DNA of 64,000 nt, from IMG/VR virus record IMGVR_UViG_3300021254_001514, positions 18,853-82,852 of that record; one strand, written 5' to 3'. How positions within the stretch are numbered: the stretch's first letter is position 1; each line of letters begins with the position of its first letter. This document shows positions 28,070 through 38,203 of the stretch, piece by piece. Made by a program: the position numbers and the translations under genes. This DNA is from a virus. Taxonomy: Duplodnaviria > Caudoviricetes. Under the pieces are notes generated by a model, which was not told the origin of the DNA, made no database searches, and was given only the letters and a program-made list of their open reading frames with translations.

Positions 28070-29419
28070 TTATTTCTTATAACGAGCTAAAATTTCTTCT
28101 ACACCGGTTCTAGGAACGTCAGTTGGTAAAATACCTCCTGTTCTTTCCGGCGTTAATGCAGCGGAGTTGGTCTTTTTCAGTTCATAAGCAAGATGCATAT
28201 CAAGCTCCTCTGGAGTAAAATCATCAAATTTTTCGCGGTAAGATTCAAGCAGATCTTCGGATAATTTGTTGTTGTACTCGGCGACTACAGCCTCTTTTGA
28301 CTGGGTCTCGATATTCTTCTTATATTCTTTTAAAGATTCGTTCTCTGCTGTAAGTGTTGCAATATTTTCCTGAGCTACACTGTAGCTAGATTGAACTTCT
28401 TGCACTTCTGTTTTTAAAGTAGAGTTCTCTTTAGTCAACTCTTCAATTTTGTTGCTAAATTCTGCACAATCAACGGCATTTTTCTCTGCATTAGTTAAAT
28501 CTTCTTTTACTAATTCATATGTATCTCCGTTTAGTGCGCGAAGAGTATCAAGAGTCTTCTTCTCATTTTCAGTTACGTCTACTATATAAACCGTAACTCT
28601 TTCACCAAGAGTCACTGAATCATCTTCATCATTTTTAGTGTAAAATACTCTTTCAAAATTGCCAGTTTCATAATTAACAACAAGAGCATAATCATCAAAG
28701 ACACTGCAAATACCATAAGTAACTGTCCAGTTATTATCAGCATTATACTCTTCGTTTAGTAATTCCCAAATAGCATCATGTTTCTGGCTATCAGAAAGCT
28801 TAAAGTTTAACTTAGGCATTTCCGATCCTCCTTCATAACTATATTCTTTAATTTTTTGAATAGCTTCCTCAATAGTTTTCTGAAGAGAAAAGAAAGAAGC
28901 ACCTTCAAAACAAGGTTCAACCTTATCTCCTAAAACCTGAAGTCCTAAGAAACTACCATGGTCGAAAACAACGTACTTCATTCCATTTATAATAGACATA
29001 TGGTACTGAAGAGAGGGTTCATAAAGTTCCATTGATAAACTCTTCCCTACTATTTTTGAAGCTTCAGGATATAAAGCAGAGTATATATATACATCAGTAC
29101 AAGCATATACTCTTTCTACTCCATCTTCATCAATATGACTTTCCCAAGAAAAATTGTTGTTCTCAGGAACAATACCATAAATCCTACCTTCTGCTCTTGA
29201 ATTACCGTGATCTGTATAATCACCGTCCCCATAAATACCTTTTACGGGTACATAAGGAAGAGTTGTAATGAGTTCATTAGCAAATTCTTCTGTGATATAA
29301 GTACCGTTTCTGTTTTCGTTTCGGTAAAAAATTCTGCATCGAGCCTTTGTTAGAATGTCATTTACTTTTTCAAAATCTCCATAAATACTAATGGGAAACT
29401 CTAACATTTCTTTATTCAT
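28070..29419 (-). CDS. Prohead protease/scaffold fusion
   Basis: N-terminal protease-like domain (NRNGTYI..DH..SLSMEL..EPCFEGA) plus an acidic coiled-coil C-terminus. Confidence 0.75.
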   Translation of the reverse strand: MNKEMLEFPISIYGDFEKVNDILTKARCRIFYRNENRNGTYITEEFANELITTLPYVPVKGIYGDGDYTDHGNSRAEGRIYGIVPENNNFSWESHIDEDGVERVYACTDVYIYSALYPEASKIVGKSLSMELYEPSLQYHMSIINGMKYVVFDHGSFLGLQVLGDKVEPCFEGASFFSLQKTIEEAIQKIKEYSYEGGSEMPKLNFKLSDSQKHDAIWELLNEEYNADNNWTVTYGICSVFDDYALVVNYETGNFERVFYTKNDEDDSVTLGERVTVYIVDVTENEKKTLDTLRALNGDTYELVKEDLTNAEKNAVDCAEFSNKIEELTKENSTLKTEVQEVQSSYSVAQENIATLTAENESLKEYKKNIETQSKEAVVAEYNNKLSEDLLESYREKFDDFTPEELDMHLAYELKKTNSAALTPERTGGILPTDVPRTGVEEILARYKK

Positions 29420-30893
29420 TATCAGAGCCTCCTTGACGATCTAATGATTGCTCATTTTGAATCGTTTTTTCAGCTTTTTCTTCTATTGGTTTTTCAGGCG
29501 CGCCAACATCATTTGATGACTCAGTATAAGAAGAATATAAAGGAATTAATTTTTCCCTTAAATCAAGAACATCATTCTCAAGAGCCTTTAGGTTGATAAG
29601 TTGCTGTTGATTGATACCCATCGCCGCAGACACATATAAGAAACTATAACCGCTTTGCGCGAGCTTTAATGCATCTTTTATTATATCACTTTGAGTATAT
29701 AAACTTACTGGTAAAACTAAATATTTAAAATCAATATTACTATTACCAAATAAGAAGTTAGTAATATAAGTTATAAAACGGGCGTACTTCGTAGCAAGAA
29801 TCATCATTATAGAAATGTCATTCTTAATAGATGTTCCTAAAGCCTGAGAACCCGTCGGTGCGAATATCTGAGCACTTACACCTGCTTCAGAATATACATT
29901 TTGAAGCATTTTTTCTATTGATGTTGACACATTATCTGCTGACGTTTTAGAAATAATAGCATCTACATCAGCATAAGTTGTCAAAATAGAAAGATTAGGA
30001 TTCTTCTTCATCATATTAACGGCGCCACGATGCATCTCGCGCGCCTCGTCTGGCTCAAACAGTAGCTGGCCATCATTTAAATGAGGAATTTTCTGTACTA
30101 TAATCTTTCTAATTTCTTCAAGCTCTCTTTCTCTTTCAGTATCCACCGCATCATCATATTGTATTGTATTAGGAATAATATCAACAAACAATGGACGATG
30201 GTCATCAAAGAAAGAAAAGCATACGCCAATATCTGCGGGAAGTATTAACCACGAAGTATCTGTTTTTCCTTTACTGTATTTCTTATAAAAAGAAGATACT
30301 ATAGAAGGATAGGTTTTTAACGCAGTATCTTTTATTGCGGAATCAAAAATAGAATCAAAATAACTAACATCAAATTCTACAATATCATTCCCGTAAATAT
30401 CTCTAAAACGAGAGCGAGCATAACCAGAAGGAAGATCAAATATAACTAATTTCTCTTTATTAAGAGTTTGAATTATACCATAATAACATCCATCAATAAG
30501 CGCACGGATAGACATTCTTGTCATTAATTCTACTAAGTTGGCTTTATCAAGATATTTTACCGCCGCGTAATACCTTTTTTCGATATGTGAACTGGAGAGT
30601 TTCTGACCGAATTTTGGATTAGGTATCAATAAACCTGAATATGTTAAAAGCGACGCGTAGTATAAAACTAATTTCTTATAAAGACCATTTCTTTCATAGA
30701 AATAACGGGAAAGCCTTTGTATTTCTACTGGATCGGTAGAACCTAATATTCTTTCCACCTCTTCAAAACTATAATCTTTTTGGAAAGTCGTAATCTGCCA
30801 TCTACCACCACTATTCCAAGAAGATTCGTTTGAAGCAACCATATCATCCATTGCTTTTTTGAAGGTAGCTATGTCAACAGTTTTTTCTTTCAC
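29412..30893 (-). CDS. Portal protein
   Basis: 493 aa, directly after the terminase large subunit, helical. Confidence 0.8.
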   Translation of the reverse strand: MKEKTVDIATFKKAMDDMVASNESSWNSGGRWQITTFQKDYSFEEVERILGSTDPVEIQRLSRYFYERNGLYKKLVLYYASLLTYSGLLIPNPKFGQKLSSSHIEKRYYAAVKYLDKANLVELMTRMSIRALIDGCYYGIIQTLNKEKLVIFDLPSGYARSRFRDIYGNDIVEFDVSYFDSIFDSAIKDTALKTYPSIVSSFYKKYSKGKTDTSWLILPADIGVCFSFFDDHRPLFVDIIPNTIQYDDAVDTERERELEEIRKIIVQKIPHLNDGQLLFEPDEAREMHRGAVNMMKKNPNLSILTTYADVDAIISKTSADNVSTSIEKMLQNVYSEAGVSAQIFAPTGSQALGTSIKNDISIMMILATKYARFITYITNFLFGNSNIDFKYLVLPVSLYTQSDIIKDALKLAQSGYSFLYVSAAMGINQQQLINLKALENDVLDLREKLIPLYSSYTESSNDVGAPEKPIEEKAEKTIQNEQSLDRQGGSDNE

Positions 30894-30898
30894 TGACT

Positions 30899-32707
30899 TT
30901 ATGCCCCTCCTGTATAAAAAATTAACGTCCGTCCACTAAAAGCAGATTTTCTTTTTTGCTTTTGGTAAGCTTCTTCTTCTAACTCTTTAATTCTCCACTG
31001 CCCGTAAGCAAAAGCAGAATATTTATCTTTAGGAAAACGTGAGTTAATTTGTTCCAAAGTTATGTCTGTGCCGGTTCTTTTAAGTCTTAAATTTGCCATC
31101 TCATCAAACAACTTTGTAGTAAGTTCATGAGGAAGTAAACGCTTTACTCGTTTTTCTACAGACATTTTTGAACCGACCTTTGACGCAAGTAGTTTTGCCC
31201 GTGCTTCCTGCTCTGTGATTAAAAATCTTACCATGCCGCTGTTTAGTCTTGTATAAGCATTCCCATGAATTTTTGGATTCAAAACTCCAGTAGCTTTCAT
31301 GGAGTATAATATCATAGATGCATCCTTGGGTTGAATTTTTTTATAATCATCATTATTGAAAAATCCATACGCGGGAAGAACATTTCCAAATATATCTGTT
31401 TGAGTCCTAATCATTTCATCGGCAAGTCCAATACCCAAGCCGTTGCAGTCAATCACGACCTCGCGCGGATTATATCTTTCAATAAGAAGCTTTAAATCTA
31501 TAGCTTGCTGATTAAAAGTTTTAGTTTCCGCTTGTCTACCCAATACCTCTAAATTAACAAGAGTAGAATAATATTTATTATCCCTTATGTTAACTCTGAA
31601 GATACAAGCCACTGTCTGGTCTGACAATCTACCTACGTCTACTGATATTAAGTAAAAAACATTAGGTTCTCCTCTAAACTTTTGCTTCAATTCCGGATTT
31701 TTTAAGCGTCGATATTTTTCCATCTTATCAAGTCTGAACCAGGACTCTTCTGATCCACCAAGCCAAACTCCCATATACTCACTAGCAAAAGTGCTTTCAT
31801 TATAAGAAGGAGATAGTTTTAAATCCCTAACATACTTTCCATCAATAAGACCGTGCATTACGGGGATTCTATAGTCAAGACCTATGCAAAAATTTCTTTT
31901 AGGATCAATGATAGCTTTTTCAAAAGTATCTATTAAAGCCTCATAGGCATAAGAAGACTTCATCCCCGCCGAAGTAGCATAGATAACCTGTGTGTTTATA
32001 TTTTCATAAGGGTTAACAAGTCCATTAGCCATTCTTCGAGACACATTCATCTGAGGTAAAATAACCTCACTAATCATCTGACCATCCTGGTCTCTAACCT
32101 CATCTATTAATGTAGCGTGCGTACGAATACCACGGTCAGAATTAATCGCACCACCAATAGATAAACGCGACCCATTCTTAAAATAAAGGTCGCAATAATC
32201 TTTACCGAAATTCGCATGAGGCGCGCCGCCTACTTCTTCCAATTCTTTCTTTAATAAAGGCCATATGCGCCAAATCTCTTCAATTTTTTGTCTTGATATT
32301 TTTGCTGCCTGATTTTTATTAGGAGCCACTATAGAGCCAACATGATTAGGAATAAACATACACTGCATATATTTACCTAATATAGAAAGAAAGGTTTTTG
32401 AAGTAGCACGCGCGGCAGTAATATAAAGAGTAGTATATCTCATGCAGGCGCGCAGAAAAACTCTTTGATAAGGAAAAAGAGTAAAACTTGAATTAACCGG
32501 TTGAATAGTGTCTAGGTAAATGTCCGGATAAGCAGAAAAAATTTGCCAGTATTCCTGTAACAAATTTTCATTTTTCTCTAACCACTCGGGAGTTATAATA
32601 ACACCCTTTTCCAACTCTATGCCCTGTCTATATATTTTCTCTTTTACGTTAAAAGAAAAAGGTTTAGGCTCGCGCAGTTTAATAATATTACTTTCCTCAT
32701 TGTTCAT
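30899..32707 (-). CDS. Terminase large subunit
   Basis: Variant Walker A AARATSKT, Walker B LIDE, YATSAG coupling motif, nuclease ISVDVGR..D and KDKYSA. Confidence 0.9.
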   Translation of the reverse strand: MNNEESNIIKLREPKPFSFNVKEKIYRQGIELEKGVIITPEWLEKNENLLQEYWQIFSAYPDIYLDTIQPVNSSFTLFPYQRVFLRACMRYTTLYITAARATSKTFLSILGKYMQCMFIPNHVGSIVAPNKNQAAKISRQKIEEIWRIWPLLKKELEEVGGAPHANFGKDYCDLYFKNGSRLSIGGAINSDRGIRTHATLIDEVRDQDGQMISEVILPQMNVSRRMANGLVNPYENINTQVIYATSAGMKSSYAYEALIDTFEKAIIDPKRNFCIGLDYRIPVMHGLIDGKYVRDLKLSPSYNESTFASEYMGVWLGGSEESWFRLDKMEKYRRLKNPELKQKFRGEPNVFYLISVDVGRLSDQTVACIFRVNIRDNKYYSTLVNLEVLGRQAETKTFNQQAIDLKLLIERYNPREVVIDCNGLGIGLADEMIRTQTDIFGNVLPAYGFFNNDDYKKIQPKDASMILYSMKATGVLNPKIHGNAYTRLNSGMVRFLITEQEARAKLLASKVGSKMSVEKRVKRLLPHELTTKLFDEMANLRLKRTGTDITLEQINSRFPKDKYSAFAYGQWRIKELEEEAYQKQKRKSAFSGRTLIFYTGGA

Positions 32708-33680
32708 CTATATCTACCTCAAACTCTTCTTCCTCTCCCTCAACTATATAGCCCGCATTATCATACTCGTCAAGATCAAACTCTTTTTCTAACTCAAACA
32801 CATTCTCTTCCAATTCTGTAGCATTTTGAAGAGATTGAAGTCTTTGTCCAATTTCATCACCAATTCCGCCTTCATTTATATAAAGCCTCTGGTTATAATT
32901 CTCAATATTCTTTAGAGTTTCATCAATAACATCTCTCGTTACATTATCATAAAATTTATTTATGTGTCCTCTCTTCTCAAGCCACATACCTACTTCTGCG
33001 AAAGAATCAAAGTCGACCGCATTCTTTGTATTTTTTGGAGTAAATTCCGCAATTTTAACTAATCTATCATAGCTTGAAAGAAGTTTATCAACATCTTTAT
33101 CTCCAGCACGAATCTTACTATCAATCTCTAAAGATAACTTACAAATCTTTCGCGCCTGATCTATAGGGAGCGCGCCATTAACTGACTGGGACACCAACAG
33201 TCCCTTATATAAATCTTCAAGATAATATAATTCTTCTTCTGAGTAATTCTCTCCCCAGGTCTTTCTAAGAACTTCAAGTTCATGTTCATGGACAAGCGGA
33301 ATCTCATCCTCTAACATTCCTACTTCTCTTAACTTCTTATATTGTTTAAAATAATCTCCCCATCCAATAGACTTATAATCATCAGAAGAAAAAACATTAG
33401 CATAAATAGGCCAGGTATTCTCTTCGCCATTTAACTCTGCTAACCGCTCCCATTCCTTTACAATAAAAGGAATATCACTCCATTGACAAACTTTATCTAT
33501 AACTTCCCAGTCAAAATTGTTCTCGCGCAAAAAGTCGCAAATACAATCATTACAAACTGGTAAGACTCCTTCGGGATAGAAAATGGAATGAGTCTTAGCA
33601 AAATTATCCCCCAAATTCCCGCATTTCACGCATTTCTTAAATAGCGCGGCCTTCTTCGGAATTTTTGGTACTATCGCCAT
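32697..33680 (-). CDS. Hypothetical protein with N-terminal Zn-finger; candidate terminase small subunit
   Basis: CxxC..CxxC motif; directly upstream of TerL. Confidence 0.5.
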   Translation of the reverse strand: MAIVPKIPKKAALFKKCVKCGNLGDNFAKTHSIFYPEGVLPVCNDCICDFLRENNFDWEVIDKVCQWSDIPFIVKEWERLAELNGEENTWPIYANVFSSDDYKSIGWGDYFKQYKKLREVGMLEDEIPLVHEHELEVLRKTWGENYSEEELYYLEDLYKGLLVSQSVNGALPIDQARKICKLSLEIDSKIRAGDKDVDKLLSSYDRLVKIAEFTPKNTKNAVDFDSFAEVGMWLEKRGHINKFYDNVTRDVIDETLKNIENYNQRLYINEGGIGDEIGQRLQSLQNATELEENVFELEKEFDLDEYDNAGYIVEGEEEEFEVDIDEQ

Positions 33681-33933
33681 CTATAACTCCTCCCTTATCA
33701 GAATTAGCCTTATTTAAAATTTTCAGCAATTCCTTTTTCTTTTTTCTTGATAGCTCATTATATTTCTTCATTATATCTTCAAAGATCTCGTCAAAATCTC
33801 TTGGTAGAGATTTTCCTTCACTATCTTTCTCTTCTTTTACCAGGCGGGCGCCCGTTAAAGAAGCGAGTCCTACAAAAATTTCAGGCTGTTTAATCTTTGA
33901 AATTTCAATCATAAACTTATCATTTAATTCCAT
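33637..33933 (-). CDS. Hypothetical protein (98 aa)
   Basis: RBS and operon coupling. Confidence 0.65.
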   Translation of the reverse strand: MELNDKFMIEISKIKQPEIFVGLASLTGARLVKEEKDSEGKSLPRDFDEIFEDIMKKYNELSRKKKKELLKILNKANSDKGGVIDGDSTKNSEEGRAI

Positions 33934-33937
33934 TCCT

Positions 33938-35296
33938 CTACTCCTTAACCTTAATTCTCTTTATTTTCTCGCACTTCTTACATCGAGGAGAAAATCCATC
34001 GCTAGACCTAGCTCTTTTAACAAAATTAATCTCATCCATAAGTAGAACTCTGCCGCAATCTTTACACTTTTTGAAGTTTTCTGGAAAGAAAATATTCTCC
34101 AAGACTTCTCTATGTCTGCGCGCGGTCTGCGCAATTCCCTCTAAACATTTCTTACAATATAAAGTAGAAATATAATTGGCTCTATACTTCTTCCCATATT
34201 TTTGATTAATAAAATTTACAATATCTTGATTCTGTACCTTTTGAATTTTTAAATCTAATATATCTTCTAAAATAGGATCTAAGTTACTAAGTTTCCTATA
34301 AACCATGGCGGCGCGCATAAATAAGCCCCTATTAGAATAAATAGAATCTTCAGGTTCTTCTAACTCTTCCCACATACTAAAAAGTGCATATAGGTGATCC
34401 GTATTTGTAAAATCAAAATACTTTTTTGTACCCGCCGCAGTATAAGCCAGCTTTTCTGGCTTCTCTACCTGTTCCTTTCTTTCATATTGACTTCCATCCC
34501 ATAAAATTTTACTAATACTAATTAGCTCTTCCTCTCTAAAATCTTCGGGTTCCGGAAACCTATCCTCTCTAAAAATCTTTTCTCCTAATTCTCCTTTGAA
34601 GGGAAGTCCAATCGGTCTAACTAAAATTTCTTCACCAAAAGTCGGCCCGATTCCCTCATTAAAATTAAAAGTAGGTCTACTTAAATGAGTCTCATTAAAA
34701 CTATCCCTATACGTATATTGCTCTCTTCTCATTTCAACTAGTGAATGCTTGAGTTTTAAATAGTTATAAGGAGAAGTTTGTTCAGAAAGACTCTTAATAT
34801 TTTGTTGTTCTTCTGGAGAAAATTTGTCTAAGAGAGTTTGACGAGGTGGATTTTTTCGCTTATTATGCGCCAGGTCGTAAAAATTGATTAGAAGTTCTGT
34901 TTTGTCGATTTCTTTCCAGAGTTGTTCAAGAGCAGATAGAATGTGCGGTGGGGCGTTTTTGCGCGCCTCTGAACGAGAAAAGACTTCTCGTGAGATTTTT
35001 GTCGGAGGGTCGGATGGCCCTTTTAGCATTGTTTCAGAAAAGTTTGGATTTTCGATTAAGGCATCGAGAGATTCGATTTTATTGGTGTCCCAAGTTCCGT
35101 ATTTAGTTTCGAGTTCCAAGCCTTCTTGGCGGCCGTTTAGACCAGTTTCAGAATCTTTTCCCCATAAAATATATTTGGCCATTATATCAAGTTCGGACTC
35201 GTTGGGTGTAAAACGAATTTTTTGGAGGTAGTCTTGGATAAAGGTAAGACGTTCTGAACGAGTTTGAAGTTGGAAGTTTAGTTGTAAGCGATTCAT
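33938..35296 (-). CDS. Hypothetical protein (452 aa) with C-terminal CxxC-CxxC finger; possible late regulator
   Basis: First gene of the minus-strand operon; KKCKDCG..PRCKKC. Confidence 0.6.
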   Translation of the reverse strand: MNRLQLNFQLQTRSERLTFIQDYLQKIRFTPNESELDIMAKYILWGKDSETGLNGRQEGLELETKYGTWDTNKIESLDALIENPNFSETMLKGPSDPPTKISREVFSRSEARKNAPPHILSALEQLWKEIDKTELLINFYDLAHNKRKNPPRQTLLDKFSPEEQQNIKSLSEQTSPYNYLKLKHSLVEMRREQYTYRDSFNETHLSRPTFNFNEGIGPTFGEEILVRPIGLPFKGELGEKIFREDRFPEPEDFREEELISISKILWDGSQYERKEQVEKPEKLAYTAAGTKKYFDFTNTDHLYALFSMWEELEEPEDSIYSNRGLFMRAAMVYRKLSNLDPILEDILDLKIQKVQNQDIVNFINQKYGKKYRANYISTLYCKKCLEGIAQTARRHREVLENIFFPENFKKCKDCGRVLLMDEINFVKRARSSDGFSPRCKKCEKIKRIKVKE

Positions 35297-35419
35297 TTTA
35301 GCTCCTTATATAAGCCAGACCAGTAGACTGGTCAGTAAGCCAGTGAGTAGACCAGCGAGTAGATTAGTAGAATTAATACTGGCGTATTGACTGGCGTATT
35401 TATTTTTCTTTCTATTCTT

Positions 35420-35448
35420 AGTATACAGAAAATTGGGGGAAAAGTCAA
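35420..35448 (-). promoter_or_regulatory. Promoter for the minus-strand operon
   Basis: TTGACT-17 nt-TATACT on the minus strand. Confidence 0.7.
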
Positions 35449-35841
35449 ATTTTCGGAGTCACAATTTTTAAGAATCTCCTTATTTTTTATTTCAAAAGTC
35501 TTTTTAAATTTTTTATTTCAAAAGTCTTTGTTACCAGGTGGGAGGGCAGTTAGACGCGTCTAACTCCAGTTTCCTAAAACCAACCCCGGGTAGGCGTACC
35601 TAACCTGAGTTAGCCGCCCCTAATCGCAATTAGATATGTTTAACCTCAGTTAGGTACAGAACGTTATTTTATAAACATAAAAGACAGTCTATAAATTTTA
35701 TAACATAGTAGCGATAAAAAGCAAAAATATGCAAAAAAAATTTTTTTAAAAAAATGAAAAAAGGGGGTTGACAAGCTTTTTTTAGTGTGTTATAGTGTAT
35801 ACAGAAACAAGGAAAACCGAACCGCAAAAGGGGGGTACACT

Positions 35842-36318
35842 ATGAAACGTAAAACCTATTCTATCAATATAGACTACGTCTATGACTCCGCGCGCAAGGG
35901 CGCAAAGTATAGCTTTAACAACGGCGCAAGCTGGGTCAATGGTGGTGAGGCTATTGAGATTTTTGTTAAGTCAGCGCTGGGTCTCTCAGCTGAGAAAGAC
36001 GCTAACACGCCCTTCGATGTAGACAGTGATATCCCCGAATACCACGCAAGCGTGAAAAGCTCCGCTTTTACCTTAACAAGTGAAAAGCTGGGTGAGACTT
36101 TCGAGGAAGTGAAAGCTGAATACTTCCGCCGGACGGCTAGCACCTGCACAGTATATGGATACGCTACAGAAGATACGCTGGTAACCTATTGGATGACAAT
36201 GGAAGAGTTTGCAGAGTACCTGGACAAGTGGGGAACCTGGGAAGCCAGCCGCAAGGTAATCAGAGGAAAGAAGCTGAGTGGAAAGATGATAGAATGGTTC
36301 GAATCTAAGGTAGCGTAA
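35842..36318 (+). CDS. Hypothetical early protein (158 aa)
   Basis: Promoter, GGGGG RBS, ATG, and a hairpin terminator after the stop. Confidence 0.8.
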   Translation: MKRKTYSINIDYVYDSARKGAKYSFNNGASWVNGGEAIEIFVKSALGLSAEKDANTPFDVDSDIPEYHASVKSSAFTLTSEKLGETFEEVKAEYFRRTASTCTVYGYATEDTLVTYWMTMEEFAEYLDKWGTWEASRKVIRGKKLSGKMIEWFESKVA

Positions 36319-36600
36319 GCTACCTTAGAGGGAAATCAGTAAGTATAGAGAGAAGAACACTATGAGAACAAGAGAAGAAGCTGAGGTAAGAATCAACCAT
36401 TGGAAAGCTGGTTGTTCATGCTGGATATGAAAGACCATTGGAAAGCTAAAGATTGGATACGCTATTATAAGATGAAGAAGGAAGCTGAAAAGCTTAAAGA
36501 AGGATTAAAGGTAAAAGCTTAGGCTCTTACCAAACAAAAACCTTGACAAGATAAATAAAGTATGATATAATTAAGCTATCAAAGATGAGGAGATAAAGCC

Positions 36601-36774
36601 ATGACAAGAGAAGAGATGTTAGATGAGGTTATTAGAGTAAGAGGGTTTGAGGATAGGTGGACAATCTGGTTTGCGGAACTAATGGAGAGTGAGACAATCT
36701 CTGATAGTGCTTTACAGAGTGCAATGGTTGCGGCGGTTGTAATGCCTTTCGATGATGAAGATGAGGATGAGTAG
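36601..36774 (+). CDS. Small acidic-tailed hypothetical protein (57 aa)
   Basis: Promoter at 36543, GAGGAG RBS; MTREEMLDEV..DDEDEDE. Confidence 0.75.
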   Translation: MTREEMLDEVIRVRGFEDRWTIWFAELMESETISDSALQSAMVAAVVMPFDDEDEDE

Positions 36775-36917
36775 TCCTCATCTCTTTTACGCGTGGAGTA
36801 TCAGCGCCCGGGCGATTTAGATTGTACACAATCTAAAATTTTTTATAAAAACTACTTGACAAAGTCTTATAAATAATGTATAATATAATTACAAAAAGAA
36901 AGAGAGGGAAATAAAAA

Positions 36918-37130
36918 ATGGGAGTTTATGAAGAGTTAGTAGAATATTTTGAGAATGGTTATGAAATATTCTTTGGTTCTTATTATGGTGATGATGATGA
37001 ACCGATAGAGAGTTTACAGGAATTAGAATGGGCGTATAAGGATTCTACTTGCGATTCTCTTTATATAGCATCCGTCGATGTTGATGATGAAAACCAATCC
37101 GTTTATGTATATGTAGGAGATGATGAGTAA
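36918..37130 (+). CDS. Small acidic hypothetical protein (70 aa)
   Basis: Promoter at 36856 and RBS. Confidence 0.75.
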   Translation: MGVYEELVEYFENGYEIFFGSYYGDDDEPIESLQELEWAYKDSTCDSLYIASVDVDDENQSVYVYVGDDE

Positions 37131-37530
37131 TGGTGTATCTGTATATTTTTTGGATTATTTTATTCATTTTAAATTTAGTTGTTCTCTATATGTTTCGGCA
37201 TTCCGAAAAATTTTTTAAAGACAGATTTAACAAAAGTTAAGTCTGTCTAACCTTGCCCGGGCGCGCCGTCATTTTGCATAAATTTTTTCTATTTTTTTGT
37301 ATAATTTTTTACTTGACTTTATAGAAAAAATATGATAATATATAACCATAGAAAACAAAAAACCCTTTCCTTTCCTAAAACTTTATAAGAGGGATTAAGG
37401 GGTAAGTGGCTTGAGGTTTGACGAGTAAAAAATTTTGCGGCGACCAGTCTCCCGTGGGATTTTTAAAAGCTTACTAACCATATCCCCTCCCTCTAAAAAA
37501 TTTTTCAAAAAAATTTAAGAGGAAAAAAAG

Positions 37531-37725
37531 ATGTCATTAAATAAAGCAATTCAATATAATAAAGAACATAGAAAACCTTTCACAGGTGCAAAAAGTATTT
37601 GTAAAAGTTGCCGCAATCATGGCGGTTGTCCGTGGTGTGAAGGCAATAGGAAATATAAATACAAAAAAGTTGAAGAAAAAACAGAAAAAGACTTGACAAA
37701 TTTTGAAAAATATAATATAATGTAA
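37531..37725 (+). CDS. Small basic Cys/His protein (64 aa)
   Basis: GAGG RBS; CKSCRNHGGCPWCEGNR. Confidence 0.7.
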   Translation: MSLNKAIQYNKEHRKPFTGAKSICKSCRNHGGCPWCEGNRKYKYKKVEEKTEKDLTNFEKYNIM

Positions 37726-37874
37726 TTACAAAAAAAGAAAGGAGATTCCTAAAATGTGTATAATGGATGGAGTTGTAATTGCAGGTTGTGCTTTTGGATT
37801 ATATATAATTGCCCTTATTGATGAAGGAATTAAGCAATTCAAAAAGAGGTTAAATGAAAAGAGAGGAAAATAAA

Positions 37875-38069
37875 ATGGAAAATGTTCATATAAGATATGA
37901 GGGCGATTTATTTCTCACAGGACTTGCGCTTTTATTTATTGCACTAAAATTGTGTGGCGTTATTCATTGGTCGTGGTTGTGGGTTCTTTCACCACTTTGG
38001 ATTCCTTTTGGATTGATAGTTATATTTATCTTAGTTATTTTAGTTTGTAAAATTATAAAAAAGGGTTGA
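37875..38069 (+). CDS. Small two-TM membrane protein
   Basis: LFIALKLCGVIHWSWLWVLSPLW; paralog of the 41984 gene. Confidence 0.75.
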   Translation: MENVHIRYEGDLFLTGLALLFIALKLCGVIHWSWLWVLSPLWIPFGLIVIFILVILVCKIIKKG

Positions 38070-38203
38070 CAAAACAAAAGTAGTGTGATATAATAAAGAA
38101 AAAAAGAAAGAGAGGATTTCATATGGCATTTATTTTCGTTTTCATCTATTTTTCTGCATTATTCGTTGTAGCAAAAGAGGATTGAAGGAAAAAAACAAAA
38201 TCA

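Noticed and set aside
32395-32430. Inactive terminase because of the non-canonical Walker A (AARATSKT)
   Set aside because: Walker B, the coupling motif and the nuclease residues are intact, so it is more likely a lineage variant than inactivation.
7425-34045. Numerous short + strand ORFs (and off-frame - strand ORFs) inside the morphogenesis genes
   Set aside because: They are shadows of long genes, with no RBS and no coherent protein features.
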